The notes under the pieces are model-generated. The model was given only the letters and a program-made list of their open reading frames with translations, ran no database searches and was not told the DNA's origin. A stretch of DNA of 64,000 nt from Hamiltosporidium tvaerminnensis FI-OER-3-3 (lineage: Eukaryota > Fungi > Microsporidia), in the NCBI GenBank assembly GCA_022605425.2, contig CM061247.1:744001-808000 (forward strand). The letters run 5' to 3'. Of this stretch, positions 1 through 12,446 are shown one piece after another. The number at the start of each line of letters is the position of its first letter. The first letter of the stretch is position 1. Position numbers and translations under genes: made by a program.

Positions 1-832
1 TTAGTTATAGTTTTAGTTAATGCTTCGAGACGCTTAACATCTCAAATATTCTAAGTTTTCTGTTTTCGAAATTATTACCGAAAAAAATTATCTAACAGAA
101 AAAAATATAAATCAAATGTAGACATTTGGAATCAAGAAAAGAAACAAATGAAATTGTATTAGATAAGATTCATTCGCTTAAATTTTGGATATTAAGCTCG
201 GAATATCTAAATGAATATAATAGCTCTCGAGATAATATAAATTCAAAAAAACTGTGATGATTTAATTTACTCTATTATTATAGTATTTAATTTAAGTTTT
301 AAAGGATTGGATATGTATGAACTATATATACTATCATTATAACACACCAATGACTAAGAGAGATGTTTAGCAAAAAAATCATCGAAATTATAGAGTCTTA
401 TATTGCTAATAATAAGCCCAAAGGCGATACAGTACCAAAAAATATATCGAAAGAGTAAATATGAATGTGAAGGTTTGGTTTAAATAGTGAAAAAAACAAA
501 AAGGCAAACAAAATTTAAGTTGAAAGACAAAATACAAAAAAAAACTCTTTTTTACAAATTAAATAAAATTTTTATCATAAAATAAATAATTTTAACGGTT
601 TTTTATTTTCGAAGTCAGTTTTAATAAAATTTGAAATATTTTAATTAATTTTATAAAAAATAATTTCGATACATATTTGTTGTTGTGTTTAGAGATCTGA
701 GCTATTGTAATTGTAGAAGAAATTATTTTATTTGACAACTATGTGTTTGAATTATTAGAAATAAATTATTTTTTAAGTAAAATGGGTATAGAAGTATAAG
801 AATTCGAACAATGTAAAAGAGCTTAGCTTTGA

Positions 833-2085
833 CTATGATTCTTCTTGTAATCCTATACTAGGGTTTGATTTTAATCTGATTTGACTTTTAAATACTAAAA
901 AATCTTCTCTTATTAATTTTATATATTTCATTTTTAAAATATGAATTGGAAAGAATTGACCAGATACTTCAAGCTTAAATTTTGCATATTTCGAAATCTT
1001 AAATCCTGTTTTACATACGGTACATTTTTCTGAATGTATTTTTGTAGTCAATAATCTTGTAACTGTTTCGTCATTTTTTTCGTTATGGCATCCACAGTAT
1101 ATAGCAAACTCGAATTGGCTATGTCTTATCAAGATTTTGTTTCCGATTTTGTCAAATAATGTATTATTGATGTTACCTTTCACATCTTCGTAATCGTTGA
1201 AACAAAACAAGAAATTATATATTTCATCAAAAAATGGATGAAAAATTAATTCATCAACACTCGGTCTTGCAGATACTTCTACTTGGAGAGCATGCTCATA
1301 AATATCTATTAAATCTGGATATAAGAATTCTTGATTTTGGCTAACAAACAATTTTGAAGACGTTTTTAACATATAACCCCAGCTATAGATATTAGTCTTG
1401 AAATTTTGATCAGCTCCAATTAGCCTTTCTGGGGAACAATGTGGATACTCTTCTTTTAATTTCTCAATATCCAGATTTTCATCTTTGAATACTTTATATA
1501 GATCTTTAATATAGCATGCCATTCCGAAATCTATTATCTTGATATTCAAGTCCTTATCTACTACTACGTTATCATGTTTAAGATTGTTATGAATAACCCC
1601 TTCTCCTTCTAAATAGAGTAATGCGTCAAGTAATTGTTTATGTATAATCTTTAAATCTATTAAAGTGATATTTTTTATTTCATCTGCAATATCCAATCCA
1701 ACAAAGTGTAGGGAAAATATTTGAATGCGATGTAACCGATTCCGTCTTGTTCGAAAGAAAAAATTTTTTGAATTATATTTTCATCAGAAAGTTTTTCATA
1801 GAATTCTAATTCTCTTGCATAAGAATGCAATTCTAGGCGTTGTGCTTTGATTGCTATTAATATTTTTTCATTAATTTCTTCATAAAGAAGAACTTCTGCA
1901 AATGAACTACTTGCTATAGATTTATTTTTTATATATATTTGTTTTCTGTTGTCAACTTCCCATTCTATTTCATTTGGAATGTATAGAGCAGATGAATAAA
2001 TATATTTTACATTGATTATAAAAAATACAAAGGCTGTGAAATATATAGGTATCATTCTAATGTCGATTCGAGGGTGTTTATGCAT
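833..2085 (-). pseudogene. Frameshifted Ser/Thr kinase-like gene (pseudokinase) with hydrophobic N-terminus; paralog of 22753..24021
   Basis: ORFs 1675..2085 and 833..1696 join into one frame if the duplicated 5-mer TCCAA-TCCAA at 1692-1701 is collapsed (gives YFPYTLLDIADEIKNITL). Motifs IAIK, HNNLKHDN, DFG, CSPE; long identical blocks with the paralog (QLLDALLYLEGEGVIHN, ARPSVDELIFHPFFDEIY). Confidence 0.85.
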
Positions 2086-2979
2086 ATTTTTTTCTTTTTT
2101 TTAATTTATATTTTCTCAAAAAATTATTCTGTTTTGTTAAATTTTTAAAAAAATATCACAATTTTCCAATTTGTTCTATAATAAGCAAATTTTTTTGTTA
2201 AAAAATAATACATTTTCTCAAAGAAATTTGATTATATATTTGATCTAATCACTGTTTTTTTTAACGCAATTAACATGGTTTCTTTTTTCGTTATCACGCA
2301 AACTTCAATTTAAATTATATTTATTTCTGAAACAGAAAATTTGTTCATTGTTCTATAATATTCTGACTTTTGTGCATTTTTTGATATTCACAAATGAGTA
2401 TAACAGATAGTTTTTTTTGCTCTATATTTTCAAATAAAAAGTGTTATTTAATCTATAAAAATTTGAAATTGAGAAAAATCCACTTTTCAAAAGTAGAAAT
2501 ATAATCAGTTATTTTCTATAAATGGAATATTATAAATTCTTTAAATAATTGTATGATATTTTAAACGAAGAACTATAAAACACAAATCGAACTCAGATAA
2601 TTATAGGAATTATACTCAAATAATGTTTTATATGTATTCTCTAAAAATATATTTTAATGTTCATCTTGCTTTGATGAATAAAATAAAAAAAGTATGTGTC
2701 ATTTATTAAATCAAATTTTTTTAGTGCAGTTTCGTCCCTGCTTTAATATAAAAAGTATGAATAAATTATAACTATTTACTCCGCACTCTAAATGATATTA
2801 AATCAATCATTAATATTGTAATTCCAAGTAGCTCAAAAATTTATTAAAATTTTATTGTAATTAGAAAGTATTTTATGATTTTGAAAGATTTAATCAAGTA
2901 CAATGAGTTACCACATTGCGGTATTTTAGATTTACTTTGGCCTTAAATTCCAATTAATTGATTTAGAAAAAATATATAC

Positions 2980-3480
2980 AAATGAATTATTTCGAAATTT
3001 GATTTATTTATAGCTACAAATTATTTGTTTTAAGAAATAATTTTTTATAGAAAATATATTTTTAATTCATAGATATTTAATGTTTTAACGGACCAAAACA
3101 CAATTATTCTTGACAATCTCTATATTTAACTTAGTGTAGTTATATAGACTCATTATATTATTCAAGAAGGCATTCCAAACTATTTATTTTGATCTAAGGA
3201 AAAGCTTAGAGTCAATACCAAATGCCGAAAAAGTGGGAAAACGCGTTTAAAGTTACTATGCAAAAAATCAAGTCTATAAAATTCATGCATCTATTAGAAT
3301 AGGCGCTAACAAAAAGGAAGATGTTAATCGAATAGGCGATAATATATTCAACCCAAATTTTAGATTAAGATACCGCAATCCAAACATTGATTAAGTACAG
3401 AAAAAAAGCCAAATATTACGAAATGGTACAATAAAAAGCAGATGGATGATATAAATGAAGCAAATATGAAGAGAAACAAA
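2980..3480 (+). mobile_element. Old degenerate 3' remnant of the R4/Dong-like retrotransposon
   Basis: About 3150-3260 translates roughly to ILFKKAFQTIYFDLRKSLESIPNAE, matching SIVLKKTVETISFDRRRGLESGPNAE of young copies; boundaries approximate. Confidence 0.6.
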
Positions 3481-3495
3481 AGCGAGAGAAATTTT

Positions 3496-4181
3496 TTTAT
3501 TTACTAAACATCACATATTTTAAAAATGTGGAATATCCTATAAATATTTCATAGCATTAGCCTGGTTTTGATTTTAAAATAGACATATGATATCCGTTGC
3601 ACTATTGGTATTACCTATGATACCTACACTTTAAAGTTTTTTATCTAAAAGGTGTATAAAATTTATTTAATATATGATGCCATTGCCAAGTGTATGGTTG
3701 ACGGTTGTTCAGCGTTAACCTGTCCTGAAACCAGCATCAAGACAAATTACTCTAAACTCTCAAATTTATTAAACATCCAGCTAAGATATATTTTGGCGAC
3801 TATAATGCGATTCACCTAGGCGTTGAATAGATACTAACAGAGATTTCTTGCATTAAAAAAACTTGACTTTTTGAAATGTTTTTTTTATCTCTCGGCTCTT
3901 AAGTCTTCTATCCTTGTTAAGCAAAGCTAGATTTTTTTACCTTTAAGATTGACCATCATCTGTAACTTAAAAATGGTTTCAGTTTAGCTACATAGAAAAC
4001 ATCACAAAAATTTTTTATAAATTTTTTCACCGTTTTGTAAACGTTTTCTATTTTTTACAAATTCTCCCAAAAATGGCAAAAATTTAATGTTGGATTTCAT
4101 CCTAAGAAAACTCCAACAATCGATTGATACATCATTTTAACACATTGTTAGCACAAAATAGTTTTTAAATAGTTATCCCTC
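3496..4181 (-). repeat. ~700-bp dispersed non-coding element, copy L1 (most diverged)
   Basis: Colinear by eye with 29238..29959 end to end (e.g. ctaagatata..ttcacctagg, aagtcttcta..gcaaagctag, gttatccctc head), with one internal deletion. Confidence 0.75.
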
Positions 4182-4250
4182 TTGTACCAAGATTAAAAAA
4201 ATTTTAATTTTTAAAAAATATTTCTGTTTTCTAAATTTGAAAGCTCGATT

Positions 4251-4257
4251 CCCTCCT
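4251..4257 (+). promoter_or_regulatory. CCC motif immediately upstream of the NOB1 ATG (microsporidian-type start-proximal motif)
   Basis: AT-rich tract then ccctcctATG at 4251-4260; similar motif before SMC4. Confidence 0.55.
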
Positions 4258-4944
4258 ATGATTGGTATTATAGATACAAGTAGTTTAATAAAAAGAAATA
4301 TTAAAATTATGAATTATACTAAATTTTATACAACTACTTCAGTTATAAATGAAATAAAAGATAATGAAACATTAGCTTTTTACAATTTAAATTCTTACAA
4401 AATAGAAATAATGAATCCAAGTACTATTTATATAGAAAGAATAGAAAAAATAAATATAGAAAAACAATTTAAATTAAGCAATACAGATGTTGAAGTAGTA
4501 GCACTTACTCTTCAATTATATGAAGATAATATGCAAGGATGGATTTCTATAGAAAATGTAAACACTTTAGAAAGTGTTGTATGTCTAACTGAAGATAAAA
4601 GTATGATATCTGCTTTATGTGCATGTGGTGCAATTTCAGATGGTTTTAATGTTCAAAGAAATTATAAAATACGGTGTTTTACTTGTTATAAAATTTATGA
4701 CAATGATATTGATTTTTGTAAGAAATGTGGTTACAATACATTAAGTAGGATTTCATTTACCGAGACTAACGAAGGTATTAAATTCCATTTTAAAAAGAAC
4801 TTTAATTATTGTGTAAAAGATATAAAAGATAAATATGGTAAGCCAATAAAAAGTGCAGACCAACGAAATTATGAAATTTATAAAAGAGAGCAACGTAAAA
4901 AAGAAAAAGAAAATAAAAAAATATTGTCAGCTCAGTATTTTTGA
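4258..4944 (+). CDS. NOB1: 20S pre-rRNA endonuclease Nob1 (PIN domain plus zinc ribbon)
   Basis: IIDTSSLI, VINEIKD, LSNTDVEVVAL, CLTEDKSM PIN motifs and RCFTC..FCKKCG zinc ribbon; first ATG at 4258 follows a CCC motif; AATAAA just after the stop. Confidence 0.92.
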   Translation: MIGIIDTSSLIKRNIKIMNYTKFYTTTSVINEIKDNETLAFYNLNSYKIEIMNPSTIYIERIEKINIEKQFKLSNTDVEVVALTLQLYEDNMQGWISIENVNTLESVVCLTEDKSMISALCACGAISDGFNVQRNYKIRCFTCYKIYDNDIDFCKKCGYNTLSRISFTETNEGIKFHFKKNFNYCVKDIKDKYGKPIKSADQRNYEIYKREQRKKEKENKKILSAQYF

Positions 4945-5477
4945 TTTGAATAAAAAAATATTTGTGCCTTTTACATTTTACTATTTTATTTCTTATTTAT
5001 AGAATATTTTGTCGTTTAATTATCTGAAAAAATTTATTTTGTTTGTAATTTATGATGAAATATAATTATAGTTAATATTCTCGGAACCATTTTTTTAAGC
5101 CTTTACTAGAGGCTTTCGCTGTAAATTGTAGTATCAACTGTATGTTATTAAGCAGTAATGTAATTTTTAGACTGAAATATTTTTTGTTTTCCCAAATTAC
5201 GAATCTTTTAAAAATCGATTATTTTCAGATAGTTGAATGTAAAAATATGAATTTAATTTAATCTAGGGTTTTATGGCTTTGAATAATCTTAAATTACGTA
5301 ACTCTGAATGTTAAATTCTAAAAAAATGATTTATGGGATTAAAATTAGTTATTTTATTTTTTAATATGAGTATTTTGGAAGAAATTAAACGGCTTAATTA
5401 TTGAATAATTTTTGGCCAAAATGTCTAGAAACTAAATTAATAATTCCCTATAATAATTAATTTGGGAAAACGAAAAA

Positions 5478-5750
5478 ATTTATTTATTCTCGGCACTACA
5501 GCCCTATACAAGCCTTGGCATCCCTCAGTTTTTCCGCTAATTGGCTTCTTTCTTTAACCAAGCTGTAGTTTTTAAAATTATCGTCTCAATTTGTTTACTT
5601 TTTCGGGTTTCTTTACAAGGTGATTTTAAGGGGTAGGTTGTTAGCCCTACACCCAACCACAATCTAAAGGACCAGTCCCTTTTGGCCGCCTCTTATGACA
5701 AGCTGAAAATACCCGTGCCTAATCCGCACCTGGCATGGTGGGGCATGGCT
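5478..5750 (-). mobile_element. Short internally deleted RTE-clade retrotransposon derivative (RTE-like head fused to RTE tail)
   Basis: Minus strand has tgtcataagaggcggccaaaaggg...ggtcc...ggttgggtgtagggctaacaacctacccc (resembles RTE 5' regions as I recall them), then a KLRDAKACIGL* type C-terminus, gggctgtagtgcc and an (AATA)n tail. Confidence 0.7.
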
Positions 5751-5856
5751 TTCAAAATACCATCCAAAATCTTATAATTTATCTTATAAAATTTTGATCG
5801 ATGAGAAATTACAAATTTTATATAATAGAATGCTTTTTTATTTGAATATAATTAAC

Positions 5857-6034
5857 TCTCATTTTAGAATTGAACTTTCGATGAAGGCTAGACAGGAAAA
5901 ACTTTTAAGGATTTAATTTTTTATTTTTATTCTTAAATAACGAATCTCATTTTAGAATTGAACTTTCGATGAAGGCTGGAGGGGAAAAAACTTTTAAGGA
6001 TTTAATTTTTTATTTTTATTCTAAAATAACGAAT
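5857..6034. repeat. Tandem duplication, ~88-bp unit x2
   Basis: tctcattttagaattgaactttcgatgaaggct... starts at 5857 and 5945. Confidence 0.9.
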
Positions 6035-6214
6035 ATTTTATGCGATTCATTCATATTTAGATAAAATCATTTTACATCAAATCCATGTTATTTTAGAAAA
6101 GTTCCAGTAGTTCAAAAAATGTTTTCTTCGAGTTTTATATCGATGATTCCTCCTAAAAATATATTCGTAATTGTAATCATTCAACTTAAGCCTATTTTAA
6201 AATTGTGTTTTGTA

Positions 6215-6580
6215 TTTAACCTTTGGAATCTCGACCAAAAATTTTCAATTGGGCTTATATGAATACCTTATTATGTGCAGGATTTGTTGAATAATTCACA
6301 TTAATCATAAAAAAATCATGATTTTCTATTAATATTGATAGGTATGAACGGTGTTTATCATAGTATAATATACTCCTCAAAGAGATAAATTTATAAACCG
6401 CAGTTTTCAAAACACCCAAAGTTCTATTTGGAGAAATTTACACATATAACTTCTTTGTCGCTCTCAAAATAGCACTAAATACCAATGTTTGACTAGCAAG
6501 ACGACCTTTATTATGCTTTTCCTCCCTATGACATTTTCGTTTGTTTCAACTATTTCTCCAGTTCCTCCATTTTTCAAAGG
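6215..6580 (-). mobile_element. Merlin/ISXO2 (IS1595-like DDE) transposase pseudogene
   Basis: Frameshifted minus-strand translation GGTGEIVETNENVIGRK / KHNKGRL / LVFSAILRATKKLYV*ISPNRT / SILYYDKHRSY / GIHISPIENFWSRFQR follows the ISXO2 pattern GG.G.IVE.DE..KYNRGR..WVFG..ER..VPNR..SD...Y..H...IE..WS..KR. May extend to about 6960. Confidence 0.8.
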
Positions 6581-7014
6581 AGCCAAATTAATTGTTTTGT
6601 ATTAGTACTCTGCGGTTCTTACTAATGTCTGCTATGGTTTCATCTTAAAAACATACATTGCTCTGATGACATCATATGGCAATTCAAATTTGAATCTCCA
6701 CATGATATAAATCATACCATGAATTCCAATTTTGGAGTTTTCAACTCTAGTGAAACAATATTCAGCATGTATTTTATTACAGAATCAACGGCGGAAACGA
6801 ATCTTTCCTAAAGAAAGAATTTTGTCGTTTAGAGTTATAATAAGAACATAACAAGATTTAACCAAATCGCGTTGTTCTAATAAAAAATGCTCATCTAAGC
6901 TACTTTCGTCTTCATTTTGCATTTTGGAGATTTTGATAAATAGCTCTCCACTGTTATCTGTATCATGTAAACAAGAAATTTAAATTCGAAAGTTAAATAT
7001 GTATTTAAATTAGA

Positions 7015-7384
7015 TTTATTTAATAAAATTCTTGGTTAAAACTTCTTCATAAGCTTTAAAAATTGCTTTATACCTCTTTAACCAAATCGTTGCTCTTCTA
7101 AATCCAACTCTTGATTTATACTTATCTTCGGTTCCTCAAACGTAATTTCTCATTCAATAATAAGCGATGTAATATTTTTTGTTTTAAAATGATTAACACT
7201 ATCTTCCTCATACTTGCTTCTTTTAAACGGGATGTTGGTTCCTCATGAATCTCGGCTCTTATATAACACTCATTGAAGCTCATTCTCAGTTGTTTTTGAC
7301 CTTAGGTTCAGACTCAAGTCCTCTTTGTCAATCAAAAGAAATTGTTTCGGCAATCTTCTTAAGTACCATCCACAGAATGTATGC
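7015..7384 (-). mobile_element. 5'-truncated 3' fragment of the R4/Dong-like retrotransposon
   Basis: Terminal motif tttatttaataaaattcttggttaa at 7015 and gactcaagtcctc...aaagaaattgtttcg matching young copies. Confidence 0.85.
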
Positions 7385-7432
7385 ATCTATATTATAGTTA
7401 ATATCAAATATATACTATAATATCAAATTGGA

Positions 7433-8115
7433 GGAGGGAGGATATCCACATAAAAACCATCAGCTTGGCAATTAGCATATGAAAGTCATTACGAGGCTTT
7501 TTAGAGAAAATATACCACATTACATTTTAGTTGTTCCGTGGGTGTTTGTATCAAGAGAGGGTCAACTAAATGGCTTAACTTTTTCTACAAATCTATTTTG
7601 TAGTTTTTTATATAACCAAATCGCAGCTAAATTTGTAGGTAATTGTTATGTAAAAGCATTCAAACTAGCCTCGCACACTCTTGTTAGAAGACTTACGCTT
7701 AGGGATACAAAAATAAAACCCAAAGTTAGGAGAACTAAGTCCACAATATACCTGTTGATATGATATTGCACTGCCTAGGTAGGCCCCTTATTAGTAGCCG
7801 AGATATATCTAACCTAGCAGTTTATGATATTCGGAAAGTTCAGAATAAGATTGAATGTTTCATAGTTTCGGGAAGCTCAGAGTAGGTTTCAACTTGCGAT
7901 CACAGTCGATGTAACTGGTATTAACGAACTCCGGGCAACTGTCTAGCTCATTAAATGACGTTTACACATTTTTCAAATAAAATTATTTATACTATAGGTA
8001 TCGAGGGGGTATCGATAAAGTATTGGGGAAGCAGTTATTTATATTAAATCTAGAATGGCGTTAATGTCATGAAAGTAATGTAATAATTTTCACAATTTTA
8101 AAAAATATTTTATAT
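7433..8115 (+). repeat. ~700-bp dispersed non-coding element, copy L2
   Basis: Reverse complement aligns to L3/L4 (ggagggaggatatccac head; tgtaggtaattg..atgtaaaagcat; ttaacgaactccgggcaactg; gcagttatttatattaaa). Confidence 0.85.
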
Positions 8116-8188
8116 TTCTATATAGAGTAAGTGTTTAGCATTATAAGTTTACAATTTATTTTTTATATTATTAATATATTTTTACATT

Positions 8189-8501
8189 GAGGACATGAGT
8201 CAGAACCAAATGCTGAAGAAAGCTGAGATAGAGCTTCAATGGGTGTTATTATGAGAGCAGAGATGCATGACGAACCAACACCCCCTTTAAAACAAGCGAG
8301 TAGAGAGGAAGATGGGGCTAAAAATTTTAAAAAACAAAAAATACTACACTCCTTATTTCAGAAGGAGAAACCACGTCAGAGAACCGAAGATAAATATAAA
8401 TGAAGAGTCGGAGTTGGAAGGAGAAACAACAGTGGTAAAAAAGGTAGAAGAAATTGCATAAAAATAGTAGAAACATTTCAACCCATAATTTTATTAAATA
8501 A
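8189..8501 (+). mobile_element. 5'-truncated 3' fragment of the R4/Dong-like retrotransposon
   Basis: atgggtgttattatgagagcagagatgcat...ccccctttaaaa and terminal acccataattttattaaataa. Confidence 0.85.
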
Positions 8502-8899
8502 GATATTTTTACATTTTCTCAAAATTTTTAAAAAGCTCTTTTCGGCCAAAAAAATACTTAAAAACGATTTCTTCGAATAAGCCTCGTCTACTTAGCGCAT
8601 GCTGATATTTCAGCAGTATACCTTCTTTATACAATAATAAAGCAAAATAAAGGGAGCAGAATGGGTGGAAAGTGTAGTTGTCTACTACATAATAGTGAGT
8701 AATTAGATTTCCTATAAAATATAGTTTTATATTTTATTTAACTCCAATTTTAGAAGAATGAAAATAACAGAAGAACTGAAAAATAATACTACTAATATTA
8801 ATAAACCAATGAATTAAACAAATCTTTATTACAAAGATTTGAAAACATTTTGTTTTAAAATATAGACCCAGTCTCCATGAAAGATATCTTTTATCCGGG

Positions 8900-11620
8900 G
8901 GCCTGAGAAAATCAAGACAGATTGTCTTTTAAATACGACAATAATTTAATGTTCTATATTACAGTTTCAGCTATTTGAAGCGAAGTTTGTGAAAAAAACA
9001 TATATTGGCAGGATTTTATTACCATGAACCCTTTTTAAAAATAAATAAATCGAGTTTATTCTTAATTTCGCATTGATTTTGTTATAGACTCTTTTGTTTT
9101 TTTCCTCTATTTTGATAAGAATGTTTGAGTAAATAGATTTTAATTCTTATGCCACAGGAATTTATCTTATTATAAAAAGATGATTTAATACACTGCCGAG
9201 ATTAATTCATTTCATATACTACGATCGCATTTAACTATCTGAACAAATTATCTAGAAATCTTTACCGATTTCCAGTTTTTTTCCTGGCATTCATACTCTT
9301 TTCAATTTGCGGTACAATTTTCCTTTGTACATAGCAGAACCCTGCTCTTCATTTAGGATTGTATTTTTTATGGCATTTTTATGATTCGCTTAAAACGGCC
9401 CTACAATCACTTGCATATGGTGACTTTTAATATATTATTTCAGTATCTTCTTCATTGGACAAGTCGTAGTGCTTTTTTGAAATTTTTTAATGGTTTCTTT
9501 ATTTTTATCAGATTCCTTACATGTTTTTAGTTTTGTTTCGAAGTAAATATTTTCTTTACGCTTAGAATTGCTGCCGTTTAGTAAAACTTTTGATTTGTGC
9601 ATCAGAAAGCTGGAATTCTGAATGCCATTTCACAATAAAAAAACATAAATAGGTAGCATCCTAATTAACATGGACGAAAAGCATGCTTAATTAGCTCCGA
9701 TGAGTCGTATTATATTATTCATAAACACCAAAACCGTGGATTATTCACATGAAAAAAACAGTTGGTTCAATTTGAAATATCTTGTTGAATTCAATTAGTG
9801 GTATTTCATGCTTTCGTTAGTTGCGGCGAGTGTTTGGTCCAGAAAAAACCCTCAAACCATATATCAAACGAGCAATTTTTGCTAATGTGCCATCTTATAT
9901 TATTTTGGTATGTTTTAACACCCACACTTTAAAATAGCAGCGGTTTTTCTTTCCATGAAGCATCTATTTATTGTTCCTCTTTTTGAACATTATTCTCTTG
10001 TATCTAACTGTTTTTTATGTATTATCATTGCATTCAATATAGTTCTACAAATATAGGAACTAAAAATATAGTAATAAAAGAAATTTCTATCTGTAACGAA
10101 TGTTTTTTCATTCATTGTCACTTGTGGATTTTTGGCTCAAGCAACTATATAAATTATGTAAAATAGGTTAAACTACATCTCCTTCTTGAATTTTCTTCTT
10201 AATTTCCAGCATAGGTGTTTTAGCTATATGAATATGCTATTCTCATAAATTCAGCGTTTAATAACGTTTGTTGTTCAAGTTTTAAGCTTTTTATCAAGTA
10301 TTTTATATTTTAAACATGATTAATCTTATCATAGGTCTTTTTAGCATCACTTACATTCACTCTTGCTTGGTTTATATCGCTTATTTAACATAGAATTCAA
10401 CTGTGTTTTTTATTCTATTATACTTTTCCATCGTTTGTTTCGTTGATTCTAATGTGTAAATCTTGCTCTTCTTCATTCTGTGCGTTTTCATCGGCCACAC
10501 TGACGCAATATAGAGAGGTTTTTGATGCATAAAAAGATGATTTATTCGTAATTCTTGGATTGGTGTTCTTTATTTTGCAGTCAAGTACGAGGGTTGGGAC
10601 TAGACGATTTGAAGAGTTACTTCTAAATATAAAATTTTCACAACCGATGAAAATATTTTGGAAGTCTAATGTGTTTCTTTATAAGTATAATTATCTTGAG
10701 CATTCTTTTGGTTTGAAGCAAAGGAGTAATGTTTATAAATTAATAGATTAAGAAAATAGGATTTTATAATTTTTTCAGCAACAGATAACTTATATTTAAT
10801 CAAATGACTTTTTAATTCTTCTTTTTTCAAAGCGCAAAAAAATCATAGTTGGCTTATGTTCATTTCTTTGTTTGACGTGTTCACTTGTAACCCATATAAA
10901 ATTTCAGCCTTGAAATAGCTCAAATATTCAGTTTTTTTTGGAAATTTTTCTGATTTTCATGTAATCTGAGATTTGACAAAAAGCATTTAAGTATATTTTT
11001 TTCTTGTTAGAATTCGGATTGAATAATTTTGTTGATTTTAGATGAGACTTAAAGTTATAAAAAAATGATGTTTACTATCAGTGTATTTAAGTTTCCTTGT
11101 AGGTTTACTTTTTCGAGGAATATTCAGAAAACAAGCATCCTAAAATTTGCTTTTTTTTTCTGCGAACGAAATTAGATTCTACTATGTTGTCTCGTCATAA
11201 AATACATTTTTCGAGATTTATACTACTATGTTTGCCAATAATATCATTATATTAGAACTACTCATTTTGAAAATATGAAATTTATTAAGTATGAAAACAA
11301 AAAGTAATCAATTCTGCTTAACTACTTTGACTCTGAACTTTTACTTTTTACTTTTTTTCACGCAATTTTTTTTAAGAGTGTACAATAATATAATTTTATA
11401 TTTATTTTTGAATTATAATGATTAAATAGAATGGTGGTAATACGATACATACGGGTCTAATTCATGTGAGGTTTTTACTGCCTACTTCTGTCTGTTTTCT
11501 TGTAAAATAAAATATTTTTAATACATGGATGCCTCTGGCACATCTCTATTTCTTTATTAGGCATCTCAAGAACCTGACTAATCCTTTCCTAGACGTTTTC
11601 CGAAACCTTATAATCACGGC
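8900..11620 (-). mobile_element. Ancient, nearly full-length, heavily decayed R4/Dong-like copy
   Basis: Ordered minus-strand motif remnants: AVIIRFRKTSRKG (~11600), VFYDETT (~11195), HENQKKF..FELFQG (~10930), VVKILYLEVTLQ (~10630), DAKKTYDKINH (~10340), AAIL (~9570); same order as the intact 1190-aa ORF. Ends approximate. Confidence 0.7.
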
Positions 11621-12446
11621 TAAAAACATAAAATAAGGAAAATTTTATTTTATTTAATGGTTCTTTTGGTTCGTAATATATAAGTTTATTTCGAATGCAG
11701 GTTGAATAGAAAAATTTTTTAAGCTATATTCCCGTTTACAACTATGGTTTTGTAAATTTGCATTTTTTATCAGATTAAAAAGCCATTGCATGATCTTATC
11801 TCTAATACTAGTGTATTATTTAATTTTTTACTTTGAAGATGGATTTTTCTTCGTTAAAATTGTGAAAGAAGGCGACGAGTTTGCCAATCCAATCCAAATT
11901 TTAATCTCGACTATTTCACAACTTTGAAATTTTTGTAAGGTTACAAATTTTGTGTCATTTAGCTTTAATGCTTGCATTCTCTGTTATCTATCAGTCCATT
12001 AGATTCTCATATATATTAGAAAAAGCTATTTGAAATCTGTGAACTGTCGATATAAATTTGAGATAAATCTATCAATGGCAAAAACAACCTTCGGATTTTA
12101 ATATAATATGAAATCAGTATTCTAGTACATTTTTAATTAGAATCAGGGAATTCGACTCATACATATAAATTTCATTTTTCCTTAAAGAACTCAAAGAAAC
12201 TTGATGAAAAACAAATTATATTTATGATTTCCTCTATATTTTTTTCGATTTATCAATCTTAGAAAATCTTAACAAAATTTAATTGAATTTTCAATATAAA
12301 TATAATGAAATAAGTCTATTATGTGAGATTTTATTCTAATAATTATTGTATATTAGAGATTAAATGAAATTCCTCCGTTTAAAAATAAAAATTTTCAATA
12401 TATACTTACTTGGTTAATTATGAAACTATTATATGTATAAATTTCA

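Noticed and set aside
7479-7763. 94-aa ORF inside element copy L2
   Set aside because: No corresponding ORF in L1, L3 or L4.
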